A stretch of DNA of 64,000 nt from Nitrospirota bacterium (GTDB lineage: Bacteria > Nitrospirota > Thermodesulfovibrionia > UBA6902), in contig JACRPZ010000005.1 of NCBI GenBank assembly GCA_016222905.1, positions 66,346 through 130,345 on the forward strand, given 5' to 3'. Shown here piece by piece: positions 19,321 to 27,911 of this stretch. Each line of letters begins with the position of its first letter. Position 1 is the stretch's first letter. Under the pieces are notes generated by a model. That model was not told the DNA's origin. It was given only the letters and a program-made list of their open reading frames with translations, and searched no databases. A program made the position numbers and the translations under genes.

Positions 19321-19566
19321 ATGATCCTGAATGTAGAAATTGATAAAGAGACAAAAGAGCGCACAACAGAATGCGAGAAGAATTTTGCGTGTTTAAATGA
19401 TAAAAACCATACTATCTGCAAAGTCGAACGTTGTGTTCATGATGATGTGATATTCATCAAATGTCTGGACACAAAACATTGTGCTTACAAGATGTCTTTT
19501 GGATTTTCTATGTGGATGTGTACTTGCCCTGTCAGAAAAGAGTTCTTCAAAAAATATAAGATTTAA
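19321..19566 (+). CDS. Small cysteine-rich hypothetical protein
   Basis: The ORF track starts at 19273. The ATG at 19321 follows a GGGGGG RBS-like run. 81 aa with 9 Cys (CEKNFAC, CKVERC, CTCP). Confidence 0.35.
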   Translation: MILNVEIDKETKERTTECEKNFACLNDKNHTICKVERCVHDDVIFIKCLDTKHCAYKMSFGFSMWMCTCPVRKEFFKKYKI

Positions 19567-19582
19567 AAGATAGCTATAATAC

Positions 19583-19762
19583 TCAGAGGATCTTCCCTCT
19601 CGCGCTGAAGAACCCGCTCAATGCAAGTCTGATAACAGCCCCTTTTGACCATTTCCGTCCTGTCTCTTTTGAATACTCTTCCGCAGCCTCCTCCAGAGCA
19701 TCAAACACCTCTTCCTCAAGATAAACAGAGAACTTTTTCAATTTTTCATCTTCATCGCTCAT
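19583..19762 (-). CDS. Small ribbon-helix-helix (CopG-like) protein
   Basis: Hand-translated 59-aa ORF, below the track cutoff: MSDEDEKLKKFSVYLEEEVFDALEEAAEEYSKETGRKWSKGAVIRLALSGFFSARGKIL. Shows a strand-helix-helix pattern. The start overlaps the ampG stop by 11 nt. Confidence 0.4.
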   Translation of the reverse strand: MSDEDEKLKKFSVYLEEEVFDALEEAAEEYSKETGRKWSKGAVIRLALSGFFSARGKIL

Positions 19763-20993
19763 TGTTTATATCTCCTTCTTTTGGACTCCACGGCGCAAAT
19801 TTAAGCAAAAGCAGCATACCTGGGATAGCGATTAGCACGCAGCCGATAAAGAAGTTTTCCCATCCCATATATTTCGCGAGAAAGCCGGTCGGCGCTGAAA
19901 GCACTGTTCTGGGAACTGCCATAAGACTGGTTAAAAGAGCATATTGTGTAGCTGTAAATTTTTTATTTGTAATGCTTGCCATGAATGCCATATATGCGGC
20001 AGTACCCATGCCTGCGCTGAGATTCTCAAAACCTATGACTGCAGCAAGAGCGGGAATACTATGTCCTATTCGCGCAAGCACGGCAAACCCGGCAGTGGAT
20101 ATTGCCTGAAGAATACCGAAAATCCAGAGGGAGCGATTGATTCCAAGCCGTAGCATAATTATTCCTCCTATAGATGTCCCTGCTATAGTAGCCCAGAAAC
20201 CAAATAACTTAACAAGAGTGCCAATTTCTTTTAATGAAAATCCTATGTCCATATAAAAAGGTGTCGTTATTGCGCTTGCCATCGTGTCGCCTATCTTGTA
20301 CATAAGGATGAATGCCAGTATCCATAGCGCTCCCTGCCTGTTGAAATAATCAGCTAACGGGGCAAGGACAGCCTCCCTCAGGGACTTTGGTCTTGCAACA
20401 GAAATCAAAGGTTCTTTGGCAAGCAGAGTAGTGAGAATGCCAGGGAGAATAAAGGCAGCCATTATTAAATATACAAAGCGAAACGGCACATAGTCAGCAA
20501 TTATCAAGCCGCCTCCTGCGACAAGTAGTCTTGCAGCTATTAGGTAGCCATTGACATATAAAGAAGAGCCCATGCCGAGTTCTTCATCAGAAAGAGATTC
20601 CCTTCTATATGCGTCTATCACGATATCCTGTGAGGCACTGAAAAAGGTAACAAAAAATGCGATACAGATCAGCAGCCATGGGTCGTTCCGTGGATTGGAA
20701 AAACCAATGCCTGCAATTGAAAGCATAAGGAGCAGTTGAACAATTAAAAGCCAGCCCTTTCTTCTGCCAAGGAACGGCAGGGCAAAACGGTCAAAAACAG
20801 GCGCCCAGAGAAACTTTAATGAATATGGAAGACCGAAAAGAGCTGTCAGACCGATCAGTGTAAGATCAAAACCCTCCTTTTTCATCCATGCCTGCAGAAG
20901 CGTTGAGGTTAAAAGCAGAGGCAGTCCGCTGGAAAATCCCATAATAAAGGAGACCAGCATACGGCGGCTTAAGATTGTTTTGAGTATTTTCAT
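19752..20993 (-). CDS. ampG: AmpG-family muropeptide MFS permease
   Basis: 413 aa. LPYSLKFLWAPVFDRF motif and polytopic MFS topology typical of AmpG. Confidence 0.75.
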   Translation of the reverse strand: MKILKTILSRRMLVSFIMGFSSGLPLLLTSTLLQAWMKKEGFDLTLIGLTALFGLPYSLKFLWAPVFDRFALPFLGRRKGWLLIVQLLLMLSIAGIGFSNPRNDPWLLICIAFFVTFFSASQDIVIDAYRRESLSDEELGMGSSLYVNGYLIAARLLVAGGGLIIADYVPFRFVYLIMAAFILPGILTTLLAKEPLISVARPKSLREAVLAPLADYFNRQGALWILAFILMYKIGDTMASAITTPFYMDIGFSLKEIGTLVKLFGFWATIAGTSIGGIIMLRLGINRSLWIFGILQAISTAGFAVLARIGHSIPALAAVIGFENLSAGMGTAAYMAFMASITNKKFTATQYALLTSLMAVPRTVLSAPTGFLAKYMGWENFFIGCVLIAIPGMLLLLKFAPWSPKEGDINNER

Positions 20994-21713
20994 TTATTTA
21001 GGTCTCAATAGAACAATACCGGGTTTATCATCTATATATTCCCTGAAATCCTCGTCAACTACCTTTCTGTTGTTTGCTGCTGAAGATGCGTGCCTTAAAA
21101 AAGTCTTGTTTCCGTCCTTGATAATTATTCCCGCGTGAGAGACATCGAGCCCCGCTCTCTCCGAATATATTCCGGCATAATCGCCTGTGCTTAAACTCTC
21201 TATGAGAGCATCATCAACAGACTCAGAAGGAATATAAACAACTTCTCTCTCTCTGCATGAAATGCCCGTAAGAAAATATGCGGTGGCATCTTTCTGATTC
21301 AGCGCTTTTTTGATATGCCTGCTTTTTCCGGCGCCTATCTTCCCAGTTACATCTTCAACCAGACTTGAATTGAATTCACGCCAATCTGTGAAGAAGTGGT
21401 TCCTGCTTTCATAAGAAATATTTCCCGATTGGTATCTTACTTTCCTGAGATTGTCTTTGAATTCGGAAAGAGATTTTGAAAGCCGCATCGCTTCTATATA
21501 ATCAATAAATGTAAAGCAGTCAATCCCTTCAAGATTTATTACAAGCTCTTCCGTAATATCTATATTGCCGACCAGCGTATCTTCCTTATACTGCGTGCCG
21601 AGAAATTGCGCGGAAAGAAATTCTATGCGTGCGCCTGAGGATCTGAGTTCAGAGGCCTGCCTGATCATATGGTCTAATTTATCTTCCGTCCATTTGCCGA
21701 AAACGATCTTCAT
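20994..21713 (-). CDS. DUF1460-like (amidase-like) protein
   Basis: 239 aa. Abuts the ampG start with no gap. The family call is from memory of DUF1460 sequences that often accompany ampG. Confidence 0.45.
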   Translation of the reverse strand: MKIVFGKWTEDKLDHMIRQASELRSSGARIEFLSAQFLGTQYKEDTLVGNIDITEELVINLEGIDCFTFIDYIEAMRLSKSLSEFKDNLRKVRYQSGNISYESRNHFFTDWREFNSSLVEDVTGKIGAGKSRHIKKALNQKDATAYFLTGISCREREVVYIPSESVDDALIESLSTGDYAGIYSERAGLDVSHAGIIIKDGNKTFLRHASSAANNRKVVDEDFREYIDDKPGIVLLRPK

Positions 21714-21769
21714 TCCGCCCTATATCAACCTATTTGCTTTACAATTTATACTATAATACATCACATACC

Positions 21770-22483
21770 ATGAAGTTTCTTGCGATCCTGACAGCAGTCC
21801 CGTTTGAATCAGAGCTGATTCTGAAACAGATGAAGAACGTCCGCAACATTAAGACCGCCGGTAAAATTGTTTTCAAAGGGAAGCTTTTAAATCAGCATGT
21901 CCTGCTTATGAACTCCGGCATAGGGAAAGTGAATGCAGCTCACTCCTCAACATTAATTCTTGAGAATTACCCGGTAAAATGCATGATCAATTCAGGAGTC
22001 GGCGGAGCATATCCGAATTCAGGGCTTAAGATCGGCGATATTGCAATAGCATTAAAAGAGATTTATGGAGATGATGGGGTGATAGCTCCAACGGGCTGGA
22101 AAGATTTAAAAGAGATAGGCATACCGCTTTTACAAATCGGCATGAGGAGATACTTTAATGAATTTCCGCTAAATCAGGCGGCACAGATTCCGGTTAATAG
22201 CGGAAAGGGCTTTCAAATAAAGAGAGGCGTCTTTGTTACGGTCTCTTCTGTAACAGGGACACATCAAAGGGCTCTTGAACTTGAAAACCGCTTTAACGCT
22301 ATCTGCGAAAACATGGAGGGCGCAGCCATCGCTCATATATGCGCAATGCATAAAGTCCCTCTGCTTGAAATCAGGGGGATAAGCAACATAGCCGGCATAC
22401 GGGATAAGAGGAGATGGAACCTAAGCCTTGCTTCAGAAAACTGCCAGCAGACGGTTCTTGAGATTATCCCGTATTTGAGGTGA
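21770..22483 (+). CDS. mqnB: Futalosine hydrolase (PNP_UDP_1 family)
   Basis: The ATG at 21770 gives MKFLAILTAVPFESELI. SGIGKVNAA, ENMEGAAIAHIC and EIRGISNIAG motifs match the MqnB/MTA-nucleosidase pattern. Confidence 0.55.
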   Translation: MKFLAILTAVPFESELILKQMKNVRNIKTAGKIVFKGKLLNQHVLLMNSGIGKVNAAHSSTLILENYPVKCMINSGVGGAYPNSGLKIGDIAIALKEIYGDDGVIAPTGWKDLKEIGIPLLQIGMRRYFNEFPLNQAAQIPVNSGKGFQIKRGVFVTVSSVTGTHQRALELENRFNAICENMEGAAIAHICAMHKVPLLEIRGISNIAGIRDKRRWNLSLASENCQQTVLEIIPYLR

Positions 22484-22577
22484 AAGCATTGAAGTTATTG
22501 TAATCATCTCTTTGTTCAGTTAAAATTCATAAATATGTCTTTCGGCTGTTAACTGTTTAACTATCGGAGGTTATAAA

Positions 22578-23696
22578 ATGGGAACGAACAACGTCGTATT
22601 TCTGGAAGTTTTAGAGTGGTTCGATAAGACCGGAAAAGAGATCGTTCAAAGAATACCGGAACACGGTTCAGGAGAGATAAAGTACGGGGCACAGCTTATT
22701 GTGAGGGAGAGCCAGGCTGCTGTCTTCTTTTACAACGGCAAGGCTTATGATGCCTTCGGCGAAGGACGCCACACCCTCAAGACCGCCAACATTCCTATAC
22801 TCAATAAAATTATCAGCATCCCATGGGGCATGACAAGTCCTTTGAGGGCAGAGGTATACTTTGTCAACATGAAGGTCTTCCCCAATCTGAAATGGGGGAC
22901 AAAGGACCCGGTGGCATTCAAGGATTCCAAACTTGGGCTCGTGCGTCTAAGAGCTTTCGGGATATTCAATATCAGAGTGCTTCAGCCGGTCCTTTTTATA
23001 AACAGGCTTGTGGGCACACAGGGGATATTCACTACAGAGGATATTGAAGATTTTTTAAGCCGCGTGATTGTTTCGCGTTTTAACGACCATCTTGGCGAAA
23101 AGCTTGACTCGCTGCTTAACCTTCCGGGTAAATATGACGAATTGTCAGACGGGCTGATGAAGCGCCTTGAAGAAGATTTCAGTCATTACGGACTTGGACT
23201 TTCACAAATATTTATAAGCTCAATCACCCCTCCTCAAGAGGTACAAAAGGCCATAGATGACAAGAGCCGGCTTAGTGTTTTTGACGATCTTGACAAACTA
23301 ATAAAGATGAAGGCTGCCATGGCCATAGAAAAGGTCTCAGAACAGCAGGGTGAAGCAGGGGCGGGGGTTGGAATGGGGCTTGGAATTATGATGCCTGCAA
23401 TGTTTTCCGACTTTATGAAGAAGACCCCTGGTAGCCCGTCAGGCGAAACAACCGTATGCCCTGACTGCAAGAATCCTGTCTCCAAAGAAGCAAGGTTCTG
23501 TCCTTCCTGCGGAAACAATCTGCTTATCTTTCAGCAGTGCGCCAAATGCGGGAAGAATATGCCTCCAGATGCAAAGTTCTGTCCGCAATGCGGCGCGCAG
23601 GCTGCGCAAATAAAAGAGCCGAAAAAATGCCCTCATTGCAGCGCTGAAAACCTGGCAGAATCAGTATTCTGCAACCGGTGCGGTGAAAAGCTCTAA
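22578..23696 (+). CDS. SPFH/band-7 domain protein with C-terminal zinc ribbons (COG4260/YdjI-like)
   Basis: 372 aa. The N-terminus is like YdjI-type SPFH proteins. The C-terminus has three CxxC-x(n)-CxxC ribbons (CPDCKN..CPSCG, CAKCGK..CPQCG, CPHCSA..CNRCG). Confidence 0.7.
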   Translation: MGTNNVVFLEVLEWFDKTGKEIVQRIPEHGSGEIKYGAQLIVRESQAAVFFYNGKAYDAFGEGRHTLKTANIPILNKIISIPWGMTSPLRAEVYFVNMKVFPNLKWGTKDPVAFKDSKLGLVRLRAFGIFNIRVLQPVLFINRLVGTQGIFTTEDIEDFLSRVIVSRFNDHLGEKLDSLLNLPGKYDELSDGLMKRLEEDFSHYGLGLSQIFISSITPPQEVQKAIDDKSRLSVFDDLDKLIKMKAAMAIEKVSEQQGEAGAGVGMGLGIMMPAMFSDFMKKTPGSPSGETTVCPDCKNPVSKEARFCPSCGNNLLIFQQCAKCGKNMPPDAKFCPQCGAQAAQIKEPKKCPHCSAENLAESVFCNRCGEKL

Positions 23697-25017
23697 CAAT
23701 ACAAACCTTCTTATTGAACACCAGTGCCCTCAATGCGGAGGGCCTGTAACGCTTGAAGAGACAGACAGGCTTTTCCTATGCAATTACTGCCGCGTAAGGC
23801 TTTATATAACCGCAAAGAATTATTTCCGCTATTTCCTCTCACCGGCTAAAGAATATACGGAGGATACGATATTCGTGCCTTACTGGAGATTCAGGGGCGC
23901 GTGCTTCTCTCTCAAGGCTCTTACGATAACTGAAAAGGTGATGGATACGAATTTTCTTGCCACAAGGCAGGATTTTCTTCCATATTCCCTCGGATTCAGG
24001 GCGCAGACACAGAGATTGCGATTTGCCGACAGAAATATCAAGGCCGGTATCATAAATCATAACATACCATTCAACGAGGTCATTCAACAGGTCGAAACGG
24101 TTAAACGCTTTACGGACAATCTTATAGTTCGTGATATCGTAAAAAATAAAATACCGCTTAATGAGGCCATTCAACAAGTCGAAACGGTTAAACACGTTAC
24201 GGACAAACTTATCTGTAATGATGTAGTCTTTCACAATGTCTTTATAGGCGAGACTACAAGCATCATCTACGCGCCTCTCTACATCAAAAATAATGCAATA
24301 TATGATGCGGTGCTTGACAGGCCGCTGGCACAACATACTCTGCAGAGAGCTGAGACATTTCAATCCCTCGATACGGAGCGGAACTGGGGCGTAAACTTTG
24401 TCTCCGCACTCTGCCCTGATTGCGGATGGGACTTGACTGGAGAGAGGGATAGCGTAGCGCTCTTATGTAAAAACTGTGATACCGCATGGGAAGAGTCCGG
24501 CGGAAAAATGAGCAAACTGGATTTCGGGGTAATCCTATGCAAGGAACGGGACGTGATATATATCCCTTTCTGGAAGATGAAGATAAACTTCGAGGGAATA
24601 AGTCTGAAGACTTACGCAGACCTCATAAAGATTGCAAACCTTCCAAGGGTAATAACCGATAAACTGCGGGAGAAAGAACTCTTTCTCTGGGCTCCTGCCT
24701 TTAATGCCCGGCCAAACCTCTTCTTAAGATTAGCAGAACAATTGTCTGTGCTTCAGCCGGAAGAGGGATTTGAGAAGACAATTCCTAAATCTGAGATGTA
24801 TCCGGTTACCCTCAAGGCAAACGATGTTATGGAGACTGTCAAGATAATAATTGCGGACATCGGAGTCCCTAAAAAGAATATCTTTCCTGTAATCCCTGAG
24901 ATTAAGATGAAATTAACAGAATCGCTTCTTATCTATCTGCCATTTAAGGAAAAAGGGGATGAGTTAATTCATGAGCAGATGGGACTAAGCATCCTGCGAA
25001 ATGCGCTGAGAAGATAA
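23683..25017 (+). CDS. Zinc-ribbon protein of unknown function (YdjG-like partner of the SPFH protein)
   Basis: 444 aa. GTG start overlapping the upstream gene by 14 nt. Two ribbons (CPQCGG..CNYC and CPDCGW..CKNC). Contains an internal 29-codon tandem duplication. Confidence 0.5.
   Translation: MKSSNNTNLLIEHQCPQCGGPVTLEETDRLFLCNYCRVRLYITAKNYFRYFLSPAKEYTEDTIFVPYWRFRGACFSLKALTITEKVMDTNFLATRQDFLPYSLGFRAQTQRLRFADRNIKAGIINHNIPFNEVIQQVETVKRFTDNLIVRDIVKNKIPLNEAIQQVETVKHVTDKLICNDVVFHNVFIGETTSIIYAPLYIKNNAIYDAVLDRPLAQHTLQRAETFQSLDTERNWGVNFVSALCPDCGWDLTGERDSVALLCKNCDTAWEESGGKMSKLDFGVILCKERDVIYIPFWKMKINFEGISLKTYADLIKIANLPRVITDKLREKELFLWAPAFNARPNLFLRLAEQLSVLQPEEGFEKTIPKSEMYPVTLKANDVMETVKIIIADIGVPKKNIFPVIPEIKMKLTESLLIYLPFKEKGDELIHEQMGLSILRNALRR
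24064..24237 (+). repeat. 87-bp (29-codon) tandem duplication inside the zinc-ribbon gene
   Basis: 24064-24150 and 24151-24237 align at both nucleotide and protein level (IPFNEVIQQVETVKRFTDNLIVRDIV / IPLNEAIQQVETVKHVTDKLICNDVV). Confidence 0.8.
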
Positions 25018-25059
25018 TCTCCTCCATAGAAACGCGCCACTTGAACATACGATTTAGTC

Positions 25060-25089
25060 AATATCCTGAGTAATTTTACTCAGGATATT
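25060..25089. other. Perfect 30-bp palindrome between convergent genes
   Basis: AATATCCTGAGTAATTTTACTCAGGATATT is self-complementary end to end (12-bp stem plus AATTTT loop as RNA). No flanking U-run. Confidence 0.6.
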
Positions 25090-25120
25090 ATGAAGATGTA
25101 AACTGACCAGATTTTTTCTC

Positions 25121-26199
25121 TCAAAACTGCTTATCTCGACTTAAATAATTGTTCTCAAGAAACTTTATGGCCGCCGTTGCTGCGGAAAGGGAAGCTAATG
25201 GCTGCCATATTTTTCGTAATTTAATGTCTCCATTGAGCGTGTCTTTTGAATTAGGGTCGCCAAAATCAGAGATGCCTTTGAACACTAACCAAAGCACACC
25301 TAATTCATCACAGGTACTTGCAAAGCCGCTTGCCTCCATTTCATAAAGTCTAGCTTTTTCATCATATTCATAAATAAGACTTTTTATAGAGCCGTCCGCA
25401 ACTAAATCAGGACCGGAAAGAATATTATTTGAATGAAAGGAGGGCGTCCATGATGGCTCGACTTTGGGTATTTCGCTATACATTGCAAGTCTAGGCATAC
25501 AACTGTGCAACAATTCTTTCCATCTCAACTGTTCTGGGTCAAAGTATTCAATATGCCGCGATAAGACAGGCCCAAGTTTAAAAGGATCTGGCCTTTTTTT
25601 CGGACCATCTGGCTCGAGTCTTCGTGAGGATATGTCCCATACAGTCGTGGCAACTACTACATCGCCAAGATTTACTTTGTCTTCCAATCCTGCGCCCATA
25701 CCCATCAAAATAAATAACTGAACATCATAATTACTGAAAGTGTTCTGCAGGCGTTAGCACAATTAATGCCTCGGTCATGTCCTACCATTGTAAGTACAAC
25801 ATTCAGAGGTCGTTCAAAATGATTACTAGTCACTGTGGTTTCCCAATAACGATAGCCCGAATCCGTTTTAGTTTCCATTGTTCCCTTGTCTATATTCAAC
25901 GCAACCATGGCAGCATATAACTCAGGTTTCTTTATTGTAATGATGGCCACATCAGCTCTTGGTTTAATAGAGACCTGTTGCACATTTGATTTTTTCATAA
26001 TTTCAATGGTCCGTTCGTCGTTAAAAGATTTGTAGAGATTTAGCAGATAATACAATTTAGCTTCTTGTCTTAGATCTCTGACTCTTGTGGCAAAATCATG
26101 CAATAATACTGTCCGTTGCCTTTCATCTAACGTATCCGAAAGTTTTTTCAAAAGCACGCGGCAACTGATTTCACCATCTTCTTTTAAAGGGATATTCAT
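25121..26199 (-). pseudogene. N-terminal helical domain + PNP_UDP_1-family nucleosidase effector, interrupted by a frameshift
   Basis: Two ORFs (25705..26217 and 25121..25708) together give one phosphorylase fold: ADVAIITIKKPE..., GHDRGINCANA | LQNTFSNYDVQLFILMGMGAG..., EMEASGFA, KGISDFGD. The likely start is the ATG at 26199, which makes an ATGA overlap with the upstream stop. Confidence 0.7.
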
Positions 26200-27911
26200 A
26201 TGGCAATTTCTTCCCATGTATTCATATTAAGTTCATAAAGAACATAAGAGTCGATGTCAGTTGGATCGTTCGTTTGATCAAAATTAAATACCGCAAAATG
26301 ACAAAGAACCTCAAGCCCCTTGTGCCTTAGTATTTTGCTAAGGATTCGGCGAGTTTTACCAGAAGCACAAAATTCTTCCACAATTACTACTGGTTGCAAT
26401 TTTGAAGCAGAAGATAATTGCATGCACCATGTGTCCTGCTCACATTTTTTCAATAATCCTGCAATATCATCATCGCTCTTAGATGAATTAATCACTCCTT
26501 TAGGAATATGAATTATGCTCATACCCTTAATAACACCGAGGTAATCAGCTAACGCATTGGCTCCCTTTTCGTCGGGGCAAACTAATAATAGAGGCTGAGC
26601 CGGATAATTTTTTGAATGTGAAATAAGTCTTTCAGTAATTTTTCTTGCAAGCCAAGCCCCGTTCTGAAGAATCATTTTTTCAAAATCTGGGATCAACCCC
26701 AGCCCTGTCCTATAGGCAGGAACATCTTTTTCCTCAGCCCAGCCCGCCTTATCAGCCATTTCCCAGATGTCATAAGTTGTAAGCATTGCATAATCTTCAT
26801 GGTCAAACTTTGATCCTGGAATCTCAAGCTGACACATTGGACATTTGTCAATATAGGTTTGTCGTTCAATTTGTAAAAAGTATCTTATCTTATGTTCATC
26901 ATACGCACCGTTGGCTTGAAATAAACTGTTGTGACCAACCCCCCTTGTGGTTAGCACTGTAAGTACGTTGGGCTTTGGGAAACCTTTCTTTTTCCATTCA
27001 TTTAGTATCAATTCGCAAGTATTGCCAGTATCTATTAACGGAAAAAGAATCAAAGGGGCAACTGAATAGTTGCACTGGATTTTTGCAGTATTCCCCAGAA
27101 AATCGTTAATGTTAATACATTCGGCTCCAATTTTTTGTGCGACTGCGATAGCTGGATTTTTCAGCCAATCAGAAAACTGTTTATAGTACAAAATCAAGGG
27201 TACTTGCGTTTGATATTCTTTATCAATATATTCCAAAATTAGCGTGACCAGTTCTTTCTCGCAGTGAGTTCCATCATAGAAGTACCTAACACAATGTTTT
27301 CCTATTTGATTTTCTTTTTTGAAATGCCCTAACCGTCTTATCATTTTAATTTGAAGCAGATCAAGCGAGTTATTGCTGACATCAGCCTTTTTTATCTTGT
27401 ATTGCCCCAGATCAATCGAAAGTGACTTTTCTGCCAAATAGTTGCCATCATTATCGATGAAAACCACTTTCCCTTCTGCAATACGTTTTTCAAGCATCCT
27501 GTGAATCATCTCGCCTTCAGGTGGCAGTTCCGGGACTAATAAAATATATAAGGTTGGTTTTTCAGCTTTATATATTAGCGCATCTATTGCAGCAGCTATT
27601 TGAACATCTACAGGACCAGAAACAACACTATCTGCTGATAAGGTTTTATCAAAAACAGCAACATCTACGTTTGAATCCCATACCTGAAAACGTTCAAATA
27701 TTTTTTGAAAAGTTACACTAACCTCCTCTTCATACTCGTATAGATTGAGTGCCAATGTAATATCATGACTTCCATCCGATGGCAGATAAAGTTCACAATC
27801 CTCTTGCATTACGACACCTGCCAGCCACTTATAAAATTGTACAAGGTCATTGGACAAACGCTCAGAAATTGCAGCCCCAAAATTAAAAGGAATCAGCCCA
27901 AGTTTTTTCAT
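26196..27911 (-). CDS. Protein with two type-I phosphoribosyltransferase-like domains and an unknown N-terminal domain
   Basis: 571 aa. PRPP-loop-like motifs APLILFPLIDTGNT (degenerate, acidic pair lost) and PVVIVEEFCASGKT (canonical EE-xx-xSGxT). 4-nt overlaps with both neighbouring genes. Confidence 0.6.
   Translation of the reverse strand: MKKLGLIPFNFGAAISERLSNDLVQFYKWLAGVVMQEDCELYLPSDGSHDITLALNLYEYEEEVSVTFQKIFERFQVWDSNVDVAVFDKTLSADSVVSGPVDVQIAAAIDALIYKAEKPTLYILLVPELPPEGEMIHRMLEKRIAEGKVVFIDNDGNYLAEKSLSIDLGQYKIKKADVSNNSLDLLQIKMIRRLGHFKKENQIGKHCVRYFYDGTHCEKELVTLILEYIDKEYQTQVPLILYYKQFSDWLKNPAIAVAQKIGAECININDFLGNTAKIQCNYSVAPLILFPLIDTGNTCELILNEWKKKGFPKPNVLTVLTTRGVGHNSLFQANGAYDEHKIRYFLQIERQTYIDKCPMCQLEIPGSKFDHEDYAMLTTYDIWEMADKAGWAEEKDVPAYRTGLGLIPDFEKMILQNGAWLARKITERLISHSKNYPAQPLLLVCPDEKGANALADYLGVIKGMSIIHIPKGVINSSKSDDDIAGLLKKCEQDTWCMQLSSASKLQPVVIVEEFCASGKTRRILSKILRHKGLEVLCHFAVFNFDQTNDPTDIDSYVLYELNMNTWEEIAI

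Noticed and set aside
21752-21757. Perfect TATAAT hexamer 12 nt upstream of the mqnB start, considered as a promoter.
   Set aside because: No acceptable -35 or extended -10 element at 16-18 nt spacing. It would also leave almost no leader for an RBS. Not enough evidence to call.
25708-25753. Programmed -1 ribosomal frameshift joining the two nucleosidase ORFs.
   Set aside because: No X-XXY-YYZ slippery heptamer was found. No obvious downstream stimulatory structure sits at the point where the fold requires the switch (about 25745-25755). Mutation or assembly error is more economical.
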